From Acidimicrobiaceae bacterium (GTDB taxonomy: Bacteria > Actinomycetota > Acidimicrobiia > Acidimicrobiales > Palsa-688), in NCBI GenBank assembly GCA_003166025.1, contig PMWT01000073.1, forward strand, positions 8,657 to 72,656: 64,000 nt of DNA, written 5' to 3'. Of this stretch, positions 1 to 9,996 are shown in pieces (positions within the stretch are counted from its first letter, which is position 1; each line of letters starts with the position of its first letter). A program made the position numbers and the translations under genes. The notes under the pieces were generated by a model, which worked only from the letters and a program-made list of their open reading frames with translations, was not told the origin of the DNA and searched no databases.

Positions 1-1
1 C

Positions 2-460
2 GTGAGCCTCGTACGCGCCCAACGCCCGGACCTGGCCATCCTCGACATCAACCTGCCGGGGGGTGATGGGCTCACCGCGGCGGCCGAGATAACGGCCGAA
101 CGGCTGGCCGCGGTCCTGATCCTGACCGCTTTCAGCCAGCGCGAGCTCGTGGACCGGGCCCGGGAGGCCGGTGCGCTGGCTTACCTCGTCAAGCCGTTCC
201 AGCGCAACGACCTGGTCCCGGCCATGGAACTCGCCCTGGGCCGCTTCGAGGAGATGAAGGCGCTCGAGGAGGCCTACAAGGACCTCGAAGAGCGCATGGA
301 GGCACGCACCCTGGTCGAGCGGGCCAAAGGGGCCCTCATGGACGAGCTCGACATGAAAGAAAGCGAGGCCTTCCGCTGGATCCAGCGCCGCGCCATGGAC
401 GGGCGGACGACGATGAAGGAAGTGTCCCTCCAGGTGCTTTCAGGCGAGTTGCGGCCCTAG
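2..460 (+). CDS. pdtaR: ANTAR-output response regulator (PdtaR-like), 5' end cut by the window edge
   Basis: The tail of a receiver domain (DLAILDINLPGGDGL, LVKPF) is followed by an ANTAR helix region (LVERAKGALMDELDMKESEAFRWIQRRAMDGRTTMKEV). Confidence 0.85.
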   Translation: MSLVRAQRPDLAILDINLPGGDGLTAAAEITAERLAAVLILTAFSQRELVDRAREAGALAYLVKPFQRNDLVPAMELALGRFEEMKALEEAYKDLEERMEARTLVERAKGALMDELDMKESEAFRWIQRRAMDGRTTMKEVSLQVLSGELRP

Positions 461-463
461 ACC

Positions 464-1168
464 TTAGGGCCGGCCCCGCGCCGGGGGAGCGGAGGAGGCG
501 GGGGCGACATAGAGCAACGCGGCCAGGGAGGCCCCGAGGACGACGTTGTCCTCGCCCACTTCGAGCACCAGGCTGCCGTCCGGGCCGCGGGCGACGACGG
601 TGGCCTGGGCGCCGGGGATGAAGTTGTGCTGTTCGAGGTAGACCAAGGCGTTGAGGTCGAACTCGACCAGCTCCATCATCCGGCTCAGCCGCACCCGGTC
701 TCCCACCTTGGCTTTGGCCAGGACGGTGGCCGGCTCGGGCTGGGCGCCCGATCCCGGGATGGGGTTGCCGTGGGGGCAGGTCGGCGGGTTGCCCAGGATT
801 TCGACCAGCCGGCCCTCGACCTCGTCGGAGATGACGTGCTCCCAGCGGTCGGCTTCGGCGTGCACCTTGTGCCAGGGCAGGCCGATGATGTCGGTCAGAA
901 GTCGTTCCGCCAGGCGGTGCTTGCGTATGACGCTGGTCGCCAGGCGGCGCCCTGACGTGGTGAGGGAAAGCGAGCGTCCCCTGACCTCTATGAAGCCCTC
1001 CTCCCGCAGGCGGTGAACCATCTCCGAGACGGTGGGGGCGGAGTGGCCGACGCGCTCGGCCAGACGAGCCTGTATCACCTGGCTGCCCTCTTCCTCCAGG
1101 TTGAAGATCGCCTCGAGGTACTGCTCGTTGGGAGGGTGGGCGCCCGTCCGGCCGGCAACATTGCTCAT
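464..1168 (-). CDS. ideR: Iron-dependent repressor, DtxR/IdeR family
   Basis: It has an HTH (QARLAERVGHSAPTVSEMVHRLREEGFI), a metal-site region (HRLAERLL...WHKVHAEADRWEHVISDEVE...CPHGNPIPG) and a C-terminal SH3/FeoA-like domain. I took the start at ATG 1168 (MSNVAG), not the ORF-track 1207. Confidence 0.85.
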   Translation of the reverse strand: MSNVAGRTGAHPPNEQYLEAIFNLEEEGSQVIQARLAERVGHSAPTVSEMVHRLREEGFIEVRGRSLSLTTSGRRLATSVIRKHRLAERLLTDIIGLPWHKVHAEADRWEHVISDEVEGRLVEILGNPPTCPHGNPIPGSGAQPEPATVLAKAKVGDRVRLSRMMELVEFDLNALVYLEQHNFIPGAQATVVARGPDGSLVLEVGEDNVVLGASLAALLYVAPASSAPPARGRP

Positions 1169-1301
1169 GGCCCGAGCGTAGTTCTGCGTAGGGGCCGAGC
1201 CCCGCACCTAGTCGCGGGCGGCGGCTGGCGCTGGGAGTAAGGCAGACTCTAGGAGTGCAGAGGCGGTTGAAGGGGGCGCGGACGCCCGGGAAGGACCGGT
1301 C

Positions 1302-4046
1302 ATGGCTTTGTTGATGCTCCTCGACGGCAATTCCTTGACCTACCGGGCCTTTTTCGCCCTGCCCACGGACCTGGCCACGGCTTCGGGGCAAGTGACCAAC
1401 GCCGTTTACGGTTTCACCTCGATGCTTGTGAACCTGATCAAGGACCACAAGCCCGACTATCTGGCCGTGGCCTTCGACCGGCCCGAGCCGACCTTCCGCC
1501 ACGAGCTGGTGGAGGGCTATAAGGCGACCCGTTCGGCGGCACCCGACATACTGCGCCAGCAGATGGGCCTCGTGCGCCAGCTGGTGGAGACCATGCGCGT
1601 CCCGGTCGTCGAGGCCCCCGGCTACGAGGCCGACGACGTCCTGGCCACCCTGGCCACCAGGGCGGCGGCGGAGGGCAACGATGTGATCGTGGTCACGGGC
1701 GACCGCGACACCTACCAACTGGTCGAGGACCCCCATCTGAAGGTCCTTTACAACCGGCGGGGCGTCTCGGACTACGCGCTGTACGACGAGGCCGGCATCC
1801 TGGAACGCACGGGCGTGACGCCGGCCCAGTACCCGGACTTCGCCAGCCTGCGGGGCGACCCGTCCGACAACCTGCCCGGGGTCCCCGGCGTGGGCGAGAA
1901 GACGGCCGCCAAGTTGATAACCACCTACGGCGACCTCGACGGCGTGTACGCCCACCTCGACGAGCTCACGCCGCGACTGCGCGCCTCTCTCGTCGCCGGC
2001 GAAGGCTCCGTGCGCAGCAATGCCCGGGTCATACCACTGGTGCGCGACCTCGACGTGTCCCTCGTGCCGGCCGAGGCGGCCGTCGGGGGCTGGGACGTGG
2101 CCGAGCTGCGGCGGCTGTTCGAGTTCCTCGAGTTCCGCACCTTGTGGGACCGCTTCGTCGACGCCACCGGTACGGGGAAGGCCGATGCCGGTGCCGTGCC
2201 CGCGACCGGCGAGCCGTTGTCGGTGGCCGTCGAGCCCTGGGAGGGGCCGGCGGCGGTCGCCGGTGCCCTCGGGGAGTGGGCCAGTAGCGGCGCCGCCCTG
2301 GCTGTAGCCGGTTCGTGGGAGGGACGGGAAGGCCGCTCCCCCCTGAGAGGTCTCGCCTTCGCCCTTATCGGCCAGGACGCTCCGGCCGGCGACGGCGTGG
2401 CGGCCGGCTCCGGCGCGCCGGCGCCTGTCCAGGACCGCGCCTGGTGGCTCGAAGGGCGGCTCGTGGACGACGCCCGGGTGCGCTCCGCCCTGGACGGCGT
2501 GCTCGGCTCGGGCAGCCGCGCCCTGGTGTCCACCCACGACGCCAAGGCCCTCATGAGGAGCCTGGCCTTGCTGGGCGTCGACTTCTCCAACCTCGACCTG
2601 GACACGTCGATCGCCGCTTATCTGGTCGACCCGGCCGGCGACCAGTACCTGTTGGAAGATCTGGCGGCGCGCTTTGCCGGCGTGGCCATCGCCCCGGCGG
2701 GGACCACGCCGAGCGGCCAGCTCGACTTGTCCGGCGCCGCCGAGCCCGGGCGCATGGCTGCCGAGCGGGCTGTCGCCGTCGCCCGGCTCACCGGTCCGCT
2801 GTCGAGCGCCCTGGCCCACCGGGGGATGTCCCGCCTGTACGACGATGTGGAAAGGCCGTTGGTCAGGGTGCTGGCCCGCATGGAGCTCGTCGGCGTGCGG
2901 GTGGACTCGGTCGAGCTCGCCCGTCTGGGCCACCAGCTGGCTGACGAGGCCCGCGCCCTGGAGAGCCAGGTCCACGACCTGGCCGGCACCCAGTTCCTGG
3001 TCAACTCGGTGCAACAGCTGCGCGAAATCCTCTACAACAAGCTCGGGCTCACCCCGGGGAAGAAGACAAAGACGGGGTATTCCACCGACAACCAGACGTT
3101 GGAGAAACTGCGCGACGAGCACCCCATAATCCCGGCCATCCTGCGTTACCGGGAAATCGAAAAACTCCGTTCGACCTATACCGACGCCCTTTTGGCCGAA
3201 GTGGCGCCGGACGGGAGGATACACGCCACCTTCAACCAGACCGTGGCCCGCACCGGCCGGCTCTCCTCGGATGCGCCCAACCTGCACAACATCCCCGTGC
3301 GGACCGAGGAAGGGCGCCAGCTGCGGCGGGTGTTCGTGCCCGCCGAAGGGATGCGCTTCCTCGTGGCCGATTACAACCAGATCGAGCTCCGGGTCATAGC
3401 CCACTTGGCCCAGGACCCCGGTCTGATAGAAGCTTTCCGGACCGGGGCCGACATCCACCGCATGACGGCGGCGCGGATTTTCGGCGTGGACCCGGCCGAA
3501 GTGACGATCGGCATGCGGTCCCGGGCCAAGATGGTCTCCTACGGCCTGGCCTACGGGATGGAGGCCTACGGCTTGGCGCAGCGCCTCGCCATCGAGGTGG
3601 ACGAAGCGGCCGAGATCCTCAAGGCTTATTTCGACAGCTTCCCCCGGGTGCGGGCCTACATGGACGAGGTCGTGGCCGAGGCGCGTCACAAGGGGTACAC
3701 GGAGACGCTTTTTGGCCGACGCCGCCTCATACCCGAACTATCGAGCGAGCGCTACCAGGTCCGCACGGCGGGCGAGCGCCAGGCCATGAACGCCGGTATC
3801 CAGGGCTTGGCGGCCGACATCTTCAAGGTAGCCCTGGTCCGCCTGGACGCCCGCCTCGACGAGGAGGGGCTGCGCGGCCGGCTCGTGCTTCAGGTCCACG
3901 ACGAAGTCATCCTGGAGGTCCCCCCGGACGAGGAAGAAGCGGCGGCGAAGGCCGTGGTCGAAGCCATGCGGGGGGCGGCCGATCTCAGCGTCCCCCTGGA
4001 GGTCAACCTGTCCTGGGGGCGGAGCTGGGCGGACGCCAAGGCCTGA
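1302..4046 (+). CDS. polA: DNA polymerase I
   Basis: 914 aa. The N-terminus is a 5'-3' exonuclease (LLDGNSLTYRAFFAL, GDRDTYQL). The C-terminus carries family-A polymerase motifs (ADYNQIELRVIAHL, RSRAKMVSYGLAYG, LQVHDEVILE). Confidence 0.95.
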   Translation: MALLMLLDGNSLTYRAFFALPTDLATASGQVTNAVYGFTSMLVNLIKDHKPDYLAVAFDRPEPTFRHELVEGYKATRSAAPDILRQQMGLVRQLVETMRVPVVEAPGYEADDVLATLATRAAAEGNDVIVVTGDRDTYQLVEDPHLKVLYNRRGVSDYALYDEAGILERTGVTPAQYPDFASLRGDPSDNLPGVPGVGEKTAAKLITTYGDLDGVYAHLDELTPRLRASLVAGEGSVRSNARVIPLVRDLDVSLVPAEAAVGGWDVAELRRLFEFLEFRTLWDRFVDATGTGKADAGAVPATGEPLSVAVEPWEGPAAVAGALGEWASSGAALAVAGSWEGREGRSPLRGLAFALIGQDAPAGDGVAAGSGAPAPVQDRAWWLEGRLVDDARVRSALDGVLGSGSRALVSTHDAKALMRSLALLGVDFSNLDLDTSIAAYLVDPAGDQYLLEDLAARFAGVAIAPAGTTPSGQLDLSGAAEPGRMAAERAVAVARLTGPLSSALAHRGMSRLYDDVERPLVRVLARMELVGVRVDSVELARLGHQLADEARALESQVHDLAGTQFLVNSVQQLREILYNKLGLTPGKKTKTGYSTDNQTLEKLRDEHPIIPAILRYREIEKLRSTYTDALLAEVAPDGRIHATFNQTVARTGRLSSDAPNLHNIPVRTEEGRQLRRVFVPAEGMRFLVADYNQIELRVIAHLAQDPGLIEAFRTGADIHRMTAARIFGVDPAEVTIGMRSRAKMVSYGLAYGMEAYGLAQRLAIEVDEAAEILKAYFDSFPRVRAYMDEVVAEARHKGYTETLFGRRRLIPELSSERYQVRTAGERQAMNAGIQGLAADIFKVALVRLDARLDEEGLRGRLVLQVHDEVILEVPPDEEEAAAKAVVEAMRGAADLSVPLEVNLSWGRSWADAKA

Positions 4047-4072
4047 GGCACGCGTACGCGAGTTCTGACGGT

Positions 4073-4098
4073 CCTCCGGGCTAGTCCCGGCCCGGAGG
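4073..4098. terminator. Possible bidirectional stem-loop between the convergent polA and membrane-protein genes
   Basis: CCTCCGGG (4073-4080) pairs with CCCGGAGG (4091-4098). There is no T-tract, and it overlaps the last codons of the minus-strand gene. Confidence 0.25.
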
Positions 4099-6144
4099 GG
4101 GCTTGGTGCCGAGCACGATCTTCGGCACGTGGCCAGAAGCGATATCGCTGACGGGAGGAAGGTGCTTCCAGATATAGCTGATGTTGGAGTCCAGGGACTG
4201 CTGAGGGTCCTGGCCCAATAGTTGTTGTACCCAGACCACCACTTCGGCCTGGCCCTGGGGCGTCCACGGCGGGACGGCCGGTGCTTCCGGGCCCACCACG
4301 ATCTCTTTGATGTTCAACGCCTGGATGTCTGCGGCCGCCTCGGCTCGGACCGCCGGGGTTATGGCCGGCACGGGCGCGCCAGGGGCCCCCAGCTTCAGCA
4401 GGAAGCGCATCCGGCTCACATCCCCACCGTTGGTCCCCGTCATGCCCGTGTCGCTCGGCATCGCGTAGCAAAAACCCGATTCGGCCTGCCAGAGAAGGTT
4501 CAGTTCATTGGCCGCTGGCAACATGAGCACCACCGGGGGGCGGCCGGAGCCCCGGGGCCCTGAAGTGGCCTCCGGGCACGCCAAGCCGGCCTTGAAGGCA
4601 CTGTAGAGAGGGCTGGAAGACGCCGGGTAGTTGATGATGGGGCAGAAAAAAGCCAGGCCGACCACGGCTAAGGCGGCCCCGCCGACGCGCAGGGGCCATT
4701 GGAGGCGTTTGAGTTCCTCCAGGCCCAGCGCCAGCAGCAGCCCGACGCCCAGGAACATCATCGACGCGAACCGATCAGGTAGAAGGTTATGGAACAGGGG
4801 CAATTTCTGCAGAAGGTAATCGGGTAGACGAAGGAACGAGGAGAGCTCCCGGTGCCCGTCCACATGGAGCGTGGAGCCCATAGACAGCACGCCCGCGCCC
4901 AGGGCTATGGCGAGGGCCACCCAGGTGACCCGGCGCCGGCGGGCCAGGTATAGCGTGATGCCGACAAAGATGAGAAGGGGGATGCCTATGTAGGCGCCCT
5001 GCTCAGAACCGTTCCCGGTGAAATTCCGGCTCACAGCCAGGACCGAGGGGGGTGCCAGGCGTGTGATGTTGGTGGGGATGACGAAGTTCAACAGATCGCT
5101 CACGTATACGTCGGGAGGGTGCACGTTCTGGACGCGGGCAGGTCCGAAGTACTGGAACGCCAGAAAAGGTGCCGCCAGAACTATGAAAAGGCCGCCCGCC
5201 ACTTTCAGGCTCTTCCAGGCGTAGCCGAAGTGGGCGGCCAACGCGGCCCGGTTGAGCAGGCATAGCACGGCCACGGCTATGGCGGCCGTTACGGCCTCCA
5301 TGGCGAGGACTTCTTCGCCGGTGAGCAGCTGGGCCCAGGCCAACAGGCCCAGGGCCAGCCCTTCTCGCCACGGCTGGGCCGACTGGACCACCAGCAGGCG
5401 GTCGAACAGGATAAGGAAAAGAGGGGCACTGGCCATGAAAACCTGCGCCAAGTGACCGACGGCTTGGGAGGTAACGTAAGGCGAAAAGCCGACCACAAGG
5501 CCGCCGGCCAGCGAGGGTAGCCTTCCCGTCCAACGCCGAAAGGCCAGGTAGGAAAAGGTGCAGGCCAGGGCGGGGGCGAGCGTGAGTACGACGTTGTAAG
5601 AAAGCGCGGCCCCCCAAATGACCGTCACCGGTGCCATGAGGAAGCTCGGCAGTAGCACCGAAGTGTTCCACATCAGGTTTATCCCACTCGGGAAATTGAC
5701 GTAAGTGCTCACGAGCGGGTTGAGGCCGTGCCCGAGCGCGAAGGGCATCCAGGAAAAGAACCAGGAGTACTCGTCGGCGTCGCCGGCACCGCCGATCTGG
5801 TTACCCCGTGGGAACTCCCACGCCAGATGCCACCAGACCACGGCCAGGGCCAGGGTGATAACGAAGACCACGGCGAGTTCCCGGGCCGTTGCTTTACCCC
5901 GGGAGGGCCGGCGCGGGCCTGGTGCCAGCTCCGCGCCGGCCGACGCCGCGTCCGAAGGCGGGCCGGTCTTCGTGCTCGTATGCCGCGTCGGCGCCAGTAC
6001 TACCAAATTGGGCGCAACCGCTGTCCGGACCGATCCCGGTGGTAGGGGCGGTGCCGACGCCTCCAACTCGATGTCGGCGTCCTGCGAACTTGGCTCACTG
6101 CCACCAAGCCCATCGCCAGCAAGCCCTTGGGCAGCGGGGCCCAT
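4081..6144 (-). CDS. Polytopic integral membrane protein, GT-C-like (function unknown)
   Basis: There are many hydrophobic helices (VVFVITLALAVVWW, YSWFFSWMPFALGHGLNPL, FIVLAAPFLAFQYF) and a C-terminal soluble domain. The ORF-track 5' end (to 6390) overlaps prpC, so I placed the start at the internal ATG 6144 (MGPAAQ). This start is uncertain. Confidence 0.5.
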   Translation of the reverse strand: MGPAAQGLAGDGLGGSEPSSQDADIELEASAPPLPPGSVRTAVAPNLVVLAPTRHTSTKTGPPSDAASAGAELAPGPRRPSRGKATARELAVVFVITLALAVVWWHLAWEFPRGNQIGGAGDADEYSWFFSWMPFALGHGLNPLVSTYVNFPSGINLMWNTSVLLPSFLMAPVTVIWGAALSYNVVLTLAPALACTFSYLAFRRWTGRLPSLAGGLVVGFSPYVTSQAVGHLAQVFMASAPLFLILFDRLLVVQSAQPWREGLALGLLAWAQLLTGEEVLAMEAVTAAIAVAVLCLLNRAALAAHFGYAWKSLKVAGGLFIVLAAPFLAFQYFGPARVQNVHPPDVYVSDLLNFVIPTNITRLAPPSVLAVSRNFTGNGSEQGAYIGIPLLIFVGITLYLARRRRVTWVALAIALGAGVLSMGSTLHVDGHRELSSFLRLPDYLLQKLPLFHNLLPDRFASMMFLGVGLLLALGLEELKRLQWPLRVGGAALAVVGLAFFCPIINYPASSSPLYSAFKAGLACPEATSGPRGSGRPPVVLMLPAANELNLLWQAESGFCYAMPSDTGMTGTNGGDVSRMRFLLKLGAPGAPVPAITPAVRAEAAADIQALNIKEIVVGPEAPAVPPWTPQGQAEVVVWVQQLLGQDPQQSLDSNISYIWKHLPPVSDIASGHVPKIVLGTKPPPGRD

Positions 6145-6275
6145 GGGCCCCTGCTCCACCCCTGCCGTAGTCGCCGCGAAGCTGTGGTTCCCCGGGGGAG
6201 GGAAAAGGCGGGAGCGGCGCCGCCGGCTGTGGCGCGGCCCGCGAGCGGGGCTCGCCGGGACAGGCAGCTGTGGGC

Positions 6276-7445
6276 TCACTCGCCTCGAGGAGGCCTCTCC
6301 GGCACCGGGCGCCGGCCCACGCCCACGTAAGCCGACAAGGGCCGGATAAGGGCATTGTGGGCTTTTTGTTCGATTATGTGGGCCGTCCATCCGGTGACAC
6401 GGCTCATGACGAAGATGGGAGTGAACGTGGGCGTGTCGAACCCTGTCAGGTGGTAAACGGGCCCAGTGGCGTAGTCGAGGTTTGGGTAGAGGCCCTTCGA
6501 GTCGAGCATGGCCTGCTCCAGGCGGTCGTAAATGGCCATCAAACGGCGCCCTTCGTCGCTGCGGGCGGCGACCTCGGCCAAGGCGGTGTGCATCGTGGGT
6601 ACCCGGCTGTCGCCGTGCTTGTAGACACGGTGGCCGAAGCCCATGACCTTGCCCCCCTCGGCCAGCGTTGCCTCCAGCCAGCCCGGCACCGCCTCGGGAC
6701 CGGGCAGCGTATTGAATATGGCCATTACCGCCTCATTGGCTCCCCCGTGCAGCGGTCCCTTCAACGCTCCGATGGCACCGGTGACGGCGGAATAAAGGTC
6801 GGAGAGAGTCGAGGTTATGACGCGGGCAGTGAAGGTCGAGGCGTTGAAGCCGTGCTCGGCATAAAGGACCAGCGATATTTCAAAACAGCGCAGCACCTCG
6901 GGGCCGGGGACCGACCCAAAGCACATATGGAAGAAGTTCTCGACAAAAGAGAGAGCGGGGTCGGGCGCGATAGGAGCCTGGCCCCGGCGGCGCCGCTGCT
7001 CGGCGGCCACGATGGTGGGCAGTTGCGCCCACAGCCTGATGGACCGGCGGAGATCCGCCGCCTCGTCGGCGTCGGCATGTCGACTGTGCTCCTCGCCATG
7101 CTCGTCGACCGGATCGAGGGCGCCCAGATAGCTGACGGCGGTGCGCAGGAGGTCCATGGGGTCGCAGGTGAGGGGGAGCTTGGCCAGGGCGTCGGTCAGG
7201 TCCCGGGGCACGTCGCGCTCGGATCTCTCGGCCGCCGTGAACGCTTCGAGCTGCTCGGTGCTGGGGAGCTCGCCGTACCAGATGAGGTAGGCGACCTCTT
7301 CGAAGCTGCAGGACGCGGCCAGCCCGGGCACCGGGTAGCCACGGTACAAAAGGACGCCGGTCTCCTGGTCTATCACCGAGACCGCCGTCGTGTCGGCGAC
7401 GACCCCGGCCAGGCCCCGATGGGCCTCGGGCGTGCCCGCGCTCAT
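6276..7445 (-). CDS. prpC: 2-methylcitrate synthase (citrate synthase family)
   Basis: Citrate-synthase motifs are present (GALKGPLHGGANE, GFGHRVYK, LYPNLDY). The ATG at 7445 overlaps the prpB stop (ATGA), and the gene sits in the prpD-prpB-prpC order. Confidence 0.85.
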   Translation of the reverse strand: MSAGTPEAHRGLAGVVADTTAVSVIDQETGVLLYRGYPVPGLAASCSFEEVAYLIWYGELPSTEQLEAFTAAERSERDVPRDLTDALAKLPLTCDPMDLLRTAVSYLGALDPVDEHGEEHSRHADADEAADLRRSIRLWAQLPTIVAAEQRRRRGQAPIAPDPALSFVENFFHMCFGSVPGPEVLRCFEISLVLYAEHGFNASTFTARVITSTLSDLYSAVTGAIGALKGPLHGGANEAVMAIFNTLPGPEAVPGWLEATLAEGGKVMGFGHRVYKHGDSRVPTMHTALAEVAARSDEGRRLMAIYDRLEQAMLDSKGLYPNLDYATGPVYHLTGFDTPTFTPIFVMSRVTGWTAHIIEQKAHNALIRPLSAYVGVGRRPVPERPPRGE

Positions 7446-8329
7446 ACCTGGCCCAGTCGGGCGTCGAGGGCGCTGTAGTCGTCGTAACCGAGCAGGTCGT
7501 ACAGCTGGGCGCGAGTTTGCATTTGGTCCAACAGCTCCTTTTGCGTCCCATCGGCAGCGAGCACGGACAGCCCGCGTCCCACAGCCCCCATGGCCAGGCG
7601 TAACAGCGTAACCGGGTATATGACGACGTTCACGCCGAGGTCGGCCAGCGTCGTCTGGTCCAATAGTTGGGTCTTGCCGAACTCGGTCATATTGACCAGC
7701 AACGGGGCGTCGACGAGCTGGCGGAAGCGTCCGATCTCTGCCGCGTCGGCCAGGGCCTCGGCGAATATCATGTCCGCCCCGGCGTCCAGGTAGGACTTCG
7801 CCCGCTCCACGGCCGCGTTGAGGCCCTCGACGGCTCGGGCGTCGGTGCGGGCACATATGACAAAGGCCGTGTCGCGTCGCGCCTCCGCCGCCGCCTTGAC
7901 GCGCCGGCGCATGTCCGAGACGGCCACGATCTCTTTGCCGTCCAGATGGCCGCAGCGCTTCGGGTTGACCTGGTCCTCGATGTGGCAGCCGGAAACGCCC
8001 AGGTCCTCCAGGACGTGCACGGTGCGGGCGGCGCTCAAAGGCTCGCCGAAACCTGTGTCCGCGTCGACGAGCGTGGGCAGCCCCGTGGTGCGGGCGACCT
8101 CGTGACTGCGCGCCGCCACTTCGCTCAAGGTCGTCAGGCCGATGTCGGGCAGGGCCAGCGACGCCGCCACGACGGCGCCCGAGACGTACACCCCTTCGAA
8201 GCCCAGGCGCTCGATCAGCAGCGCGGAGAGGGGGTTGAAGGCGCCCGGGAAGCGCAGGAGCCGCCCCGAGGCCAACCCGGCCCGCAGGGCCAAGCGTTTC
8301 TCGGTCGCCGGGACAGGGGAGTGGAACAT
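7442..8329 (-). CDS. prpB: Methylisocitrate lyase
   Basis: PEP-mutase/isocitrate-lyase superfamily motifs are present (DADTGFG, KRCGHLDGK, ICARTDA). The ATG at 8329 shares one base with the prpD stop. Confidence 0.9.
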   Translation of the reverse strand: MFHSPVPATEKRLALRAGLASGRLLRFPGAFNPLSALLIERLGFEGVYVSGAVVAASLALPDIGLTTLSEVAARSHEVARTTGLPTLVDADTGFGEPLSAARTVHVLEDLGVSGCHIEDQVNPKRCGHLDGKEIVAVSDMRRRVKAAAEARRDTAFVICARTDARAVEGLNAAVERAKSYLDAGADMIFAEALADAAEIGRFRQLVDAPLLVNMTEFGKTQLLDQTTLADLGVNVVIYPVTLLRLAMGAVGRGLSVLAADGTQKELLDQMQTRAQLYDLLGYDDYSALDARLGQV

Positions 8330-9825
8330 CAGAACAAGCCCCCTTTTGGCGTCTTTGTCTCCAGGTCCGGGCAGGCAAAGGTGCATTCCCGGACCTCGTC
8401 CGGGGTCAGCGCCGGGAGCCGCTCGACAAGGTCCAAGAAGCGCTGTTGTTCGTCCGCCTCGATCGTGCCCTGCGCCAAACGGCGGAACTTGTCCACGTAG
8501 GCGGCGTGCCCGAAGGGCCGGGCACCCTGAGGATGGGCGTCGGCTACGGCTATCTCGTCCTCCACCGTGGTGCCGTCCATCAGTTCGACCACGACCCGGC
8601 CCCCGAAGGCCTCGCCGGCCAGGTAGCGCTCCGTCCAGGTGCGGTCCTCGGCCGTCGTGACCTTGCCCCACAGAGCCACGGTCTCGGGGCGGTGAGCCCT
8701 TTCCGCCAGGTAGGACGAACTGTGGTCCCATGTGCCGTCCTCCAGGGCAACGGCGAAGATGTAGGGCAGCGAATGGTCGAGAGTCTCGCGCGATGCGTCG
8801 GGGTCGAACTTCTGAGGGTCGCCCGACCCCGTGCCGATGACGTAGTGGGTGTGGTGGCTCGTGAGTATGGTTACCGAGCGCACCTGGGCCAGGTCAGGGA
8901 GCCTCCCCCGCAGGCGTCGGGCCAGGTCGATGAACGCCTGCGCCTGGTATTCGGCCGAATGCTCCTTTGTGTAGGTGGCGAGGATGGCGCGTTTCGGCTC
9001 GCCCGGCTCGGGCAGGGGGACATGGTATACAGCGTCGGGGCCGTCTAGCAGCCACGCGATCACGCCGTCCTCGCCCTCGTAGATGGGCGCCGGCGAGGTC
9101 TCGCCCCGCATGGCCCGGTCGACCGCCTCGATGGCGACCTTGGCGGCAAAGGCGGGAGCGTATGCCTTCCAGGACGAGATGTCGCCCTTTCGCGACTGAC
9201 GGGTGGCCGTAGTGGTGTGCAGGGCCTGCCCTATGGCCTGGTAAACGACCTCCGTGGGCAGGTGCAGCAGTGTCCCCAGACCGGCGGCCACCGACGGCCC
9301 TAGGTGGGCGACGTGGTCGATCTTGTGGGCGTGCAGGGAAATCCCCCGGGACAGGTCGACCTGGACCTCGTAGGCGGTGGCGACGGCCCTCACCAGGTCG
9401 CGGCCCGGGCAGCCGACGTGTTGGGCGACGGCCAGCAAGGGCGGGATGTTGTCGCCGGGGTGGGAGTACTCCGCGGCCAAGAACGTGTCGTGGAAGTCCA
9501 GTTCGCGCACGGCCACGCCGTTGGCCCACGCCGCCCATTCCGGAGCCACCCGGCGGCCCACGGACGCAGCCGGGTACCCCCAGACCGCGGCCCCGGGGAG
9601 GAGCTCGTGGCGGACCGCTTGAGCGCGGGCGTTGGCCACCGGCGGCCGGAACAGGGCGGCGGCGGCCACGCCGGCGTCGTCGATCAGCCGGTTGACCACC
9701 ATCTCGGCCACCGGGGCTTCGACGGGTACCAGGTCGGTGGCCAGCTCGGCCAGCTTCCAGGCCAGTTGCTGTGGGCGCGGCAGTCCTTCGGCGCTGGTGT
9801 ACGAACGGACCTCGTGCTGTCTCAT
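8329..9825 (-). CDS. prpD: 2-methylcitrate dehydratase
   Basis: The length (about 498 aa) and sequence fit the MmgE/PrpD family ([28 protein letters not shown]). I took the start at ATG 9825 (MRQHEV). Confidence 0.9.
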   Translation of the reverse strand: MRQHEVRSYTSAEGLPRPQQLAWKLAELATDLVPVEAPVAEMVVNRLIDDAGVAAAALFRPPVANARAQAVRHELLPGAAVWGYPAASVGRRVAPEWAAWANGVAVRELDFHDTFLAAEYSHPGDNIPPLLAVAQHVGCPGRDLVRAVATAYEVQVDLSRGISLHAHKIDHVAHLGPSVAAGLGTLLHLPTEVVYQAIGQALHTTTATRQSRKGDISSWKAYAPAFAAKVAIEAVDRAMRGETSPAPIYEGEDGVIAWLLDGPDAVYHVPLPEPGEPKRAILATYTKEHSAEYQAQAFIDLARRLRGRLPDLAQVRSVTILTSHHTHYVIGTGSGDPQKFDPDASRETLDHSLPYIFAVALEDGTWDHSSSYLAERAHRPETVALWGKVTTAEDRTWTERYLAGEAFGGRVVVELMDGTTVEDEIAVADAHPQGARPFGHAAYVDKFRRLAQGTIEADEQQRFLDLVERLPALTPDEVRECTFACPDLETKTPKGGLF

Positions 9826-9884
9826 CCTCGTCCGGGATGCCCACGGCGGCGGTCGTCCGGCATTGCCAGAAACGATACCCGGCA

Positions 9885-9941
9885 TTGACGACGAGCCAGT
9901 GCCTTGACGACGAGCCAGTGCCTTGACGACGAGCCAGTGCC
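9885..9941. repeat. Three perfect tandem copies of the 19-bp unit TTGACGACGAGCCAGTGCC
   Basis: Read directly. The copies are at 9885-9903, 9904-9922 and 9923-9941, in the divergent region between prpD and the CHAP gene. Confidence 0.95.
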
Positions 9942-9996
9942 TTCGCGAGGTAGCGGTGCTGCGGCCCGCAGGACGGGCAGTGCTAGAAAGGTGACG

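Noticed and set aside
1208-1301. A possible IdeR iron box in the ideR/polA divergent region (around GTAAGGCAGACTCTAGGAG).
   Set aside because: It has only a loose resemblance to the TTAGGTTAGGCTAACCTAA-type consensus and no convincing dyad symmetry.
336-3689. A 1117-aa minus-strand ORF antisense to polA. Similar long antisense or alternative-frame ORFs include 13643-15322, 10060-11469, 12294-13334, 17997-18989, 22975-24030, 31423-32574 and 57430-58962 (5' part).
   Set aside because: Their translations are Arg/Gly/Pro/Ala-rich and low in complexity, with no family motifs. They overlap genes that have clear motifs on the other strand or frame. This is the typical open-frame artefact of high-GC DNA.
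6276-8378. ORF-track 5' extensions make prpC 700 aa, prpB 429 aa, shc 715 aa, hpnE 609 aa, hpnD 481 aa, the fusion's neighbours longer, and the DUF4038-like gene 611 aa.
   Set aside because: The extensions run through the upstream gene in another frame and are low in complexity. Internal starts that give ATGA/GTGA/TTGA stop-start overlaps, or that follow a clear RBS, yield proteins of normal family length.
9885-9941. Whether the 3 x 19-bp repeat, or any other repeat here, is a CRISPR array.
   Set aside because: The copies are directly adjacent with no spacers. There are only three units and no cas genes. It is a simple tandem repeat.
9904-9996. The ORF-track start of the CHAP gene at 9904.
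   Set aside because: That start is a TTG created by the second tandem-repeat unit. ATG 9997 has an upstream AAAGG and begins a canonical signal peptide.
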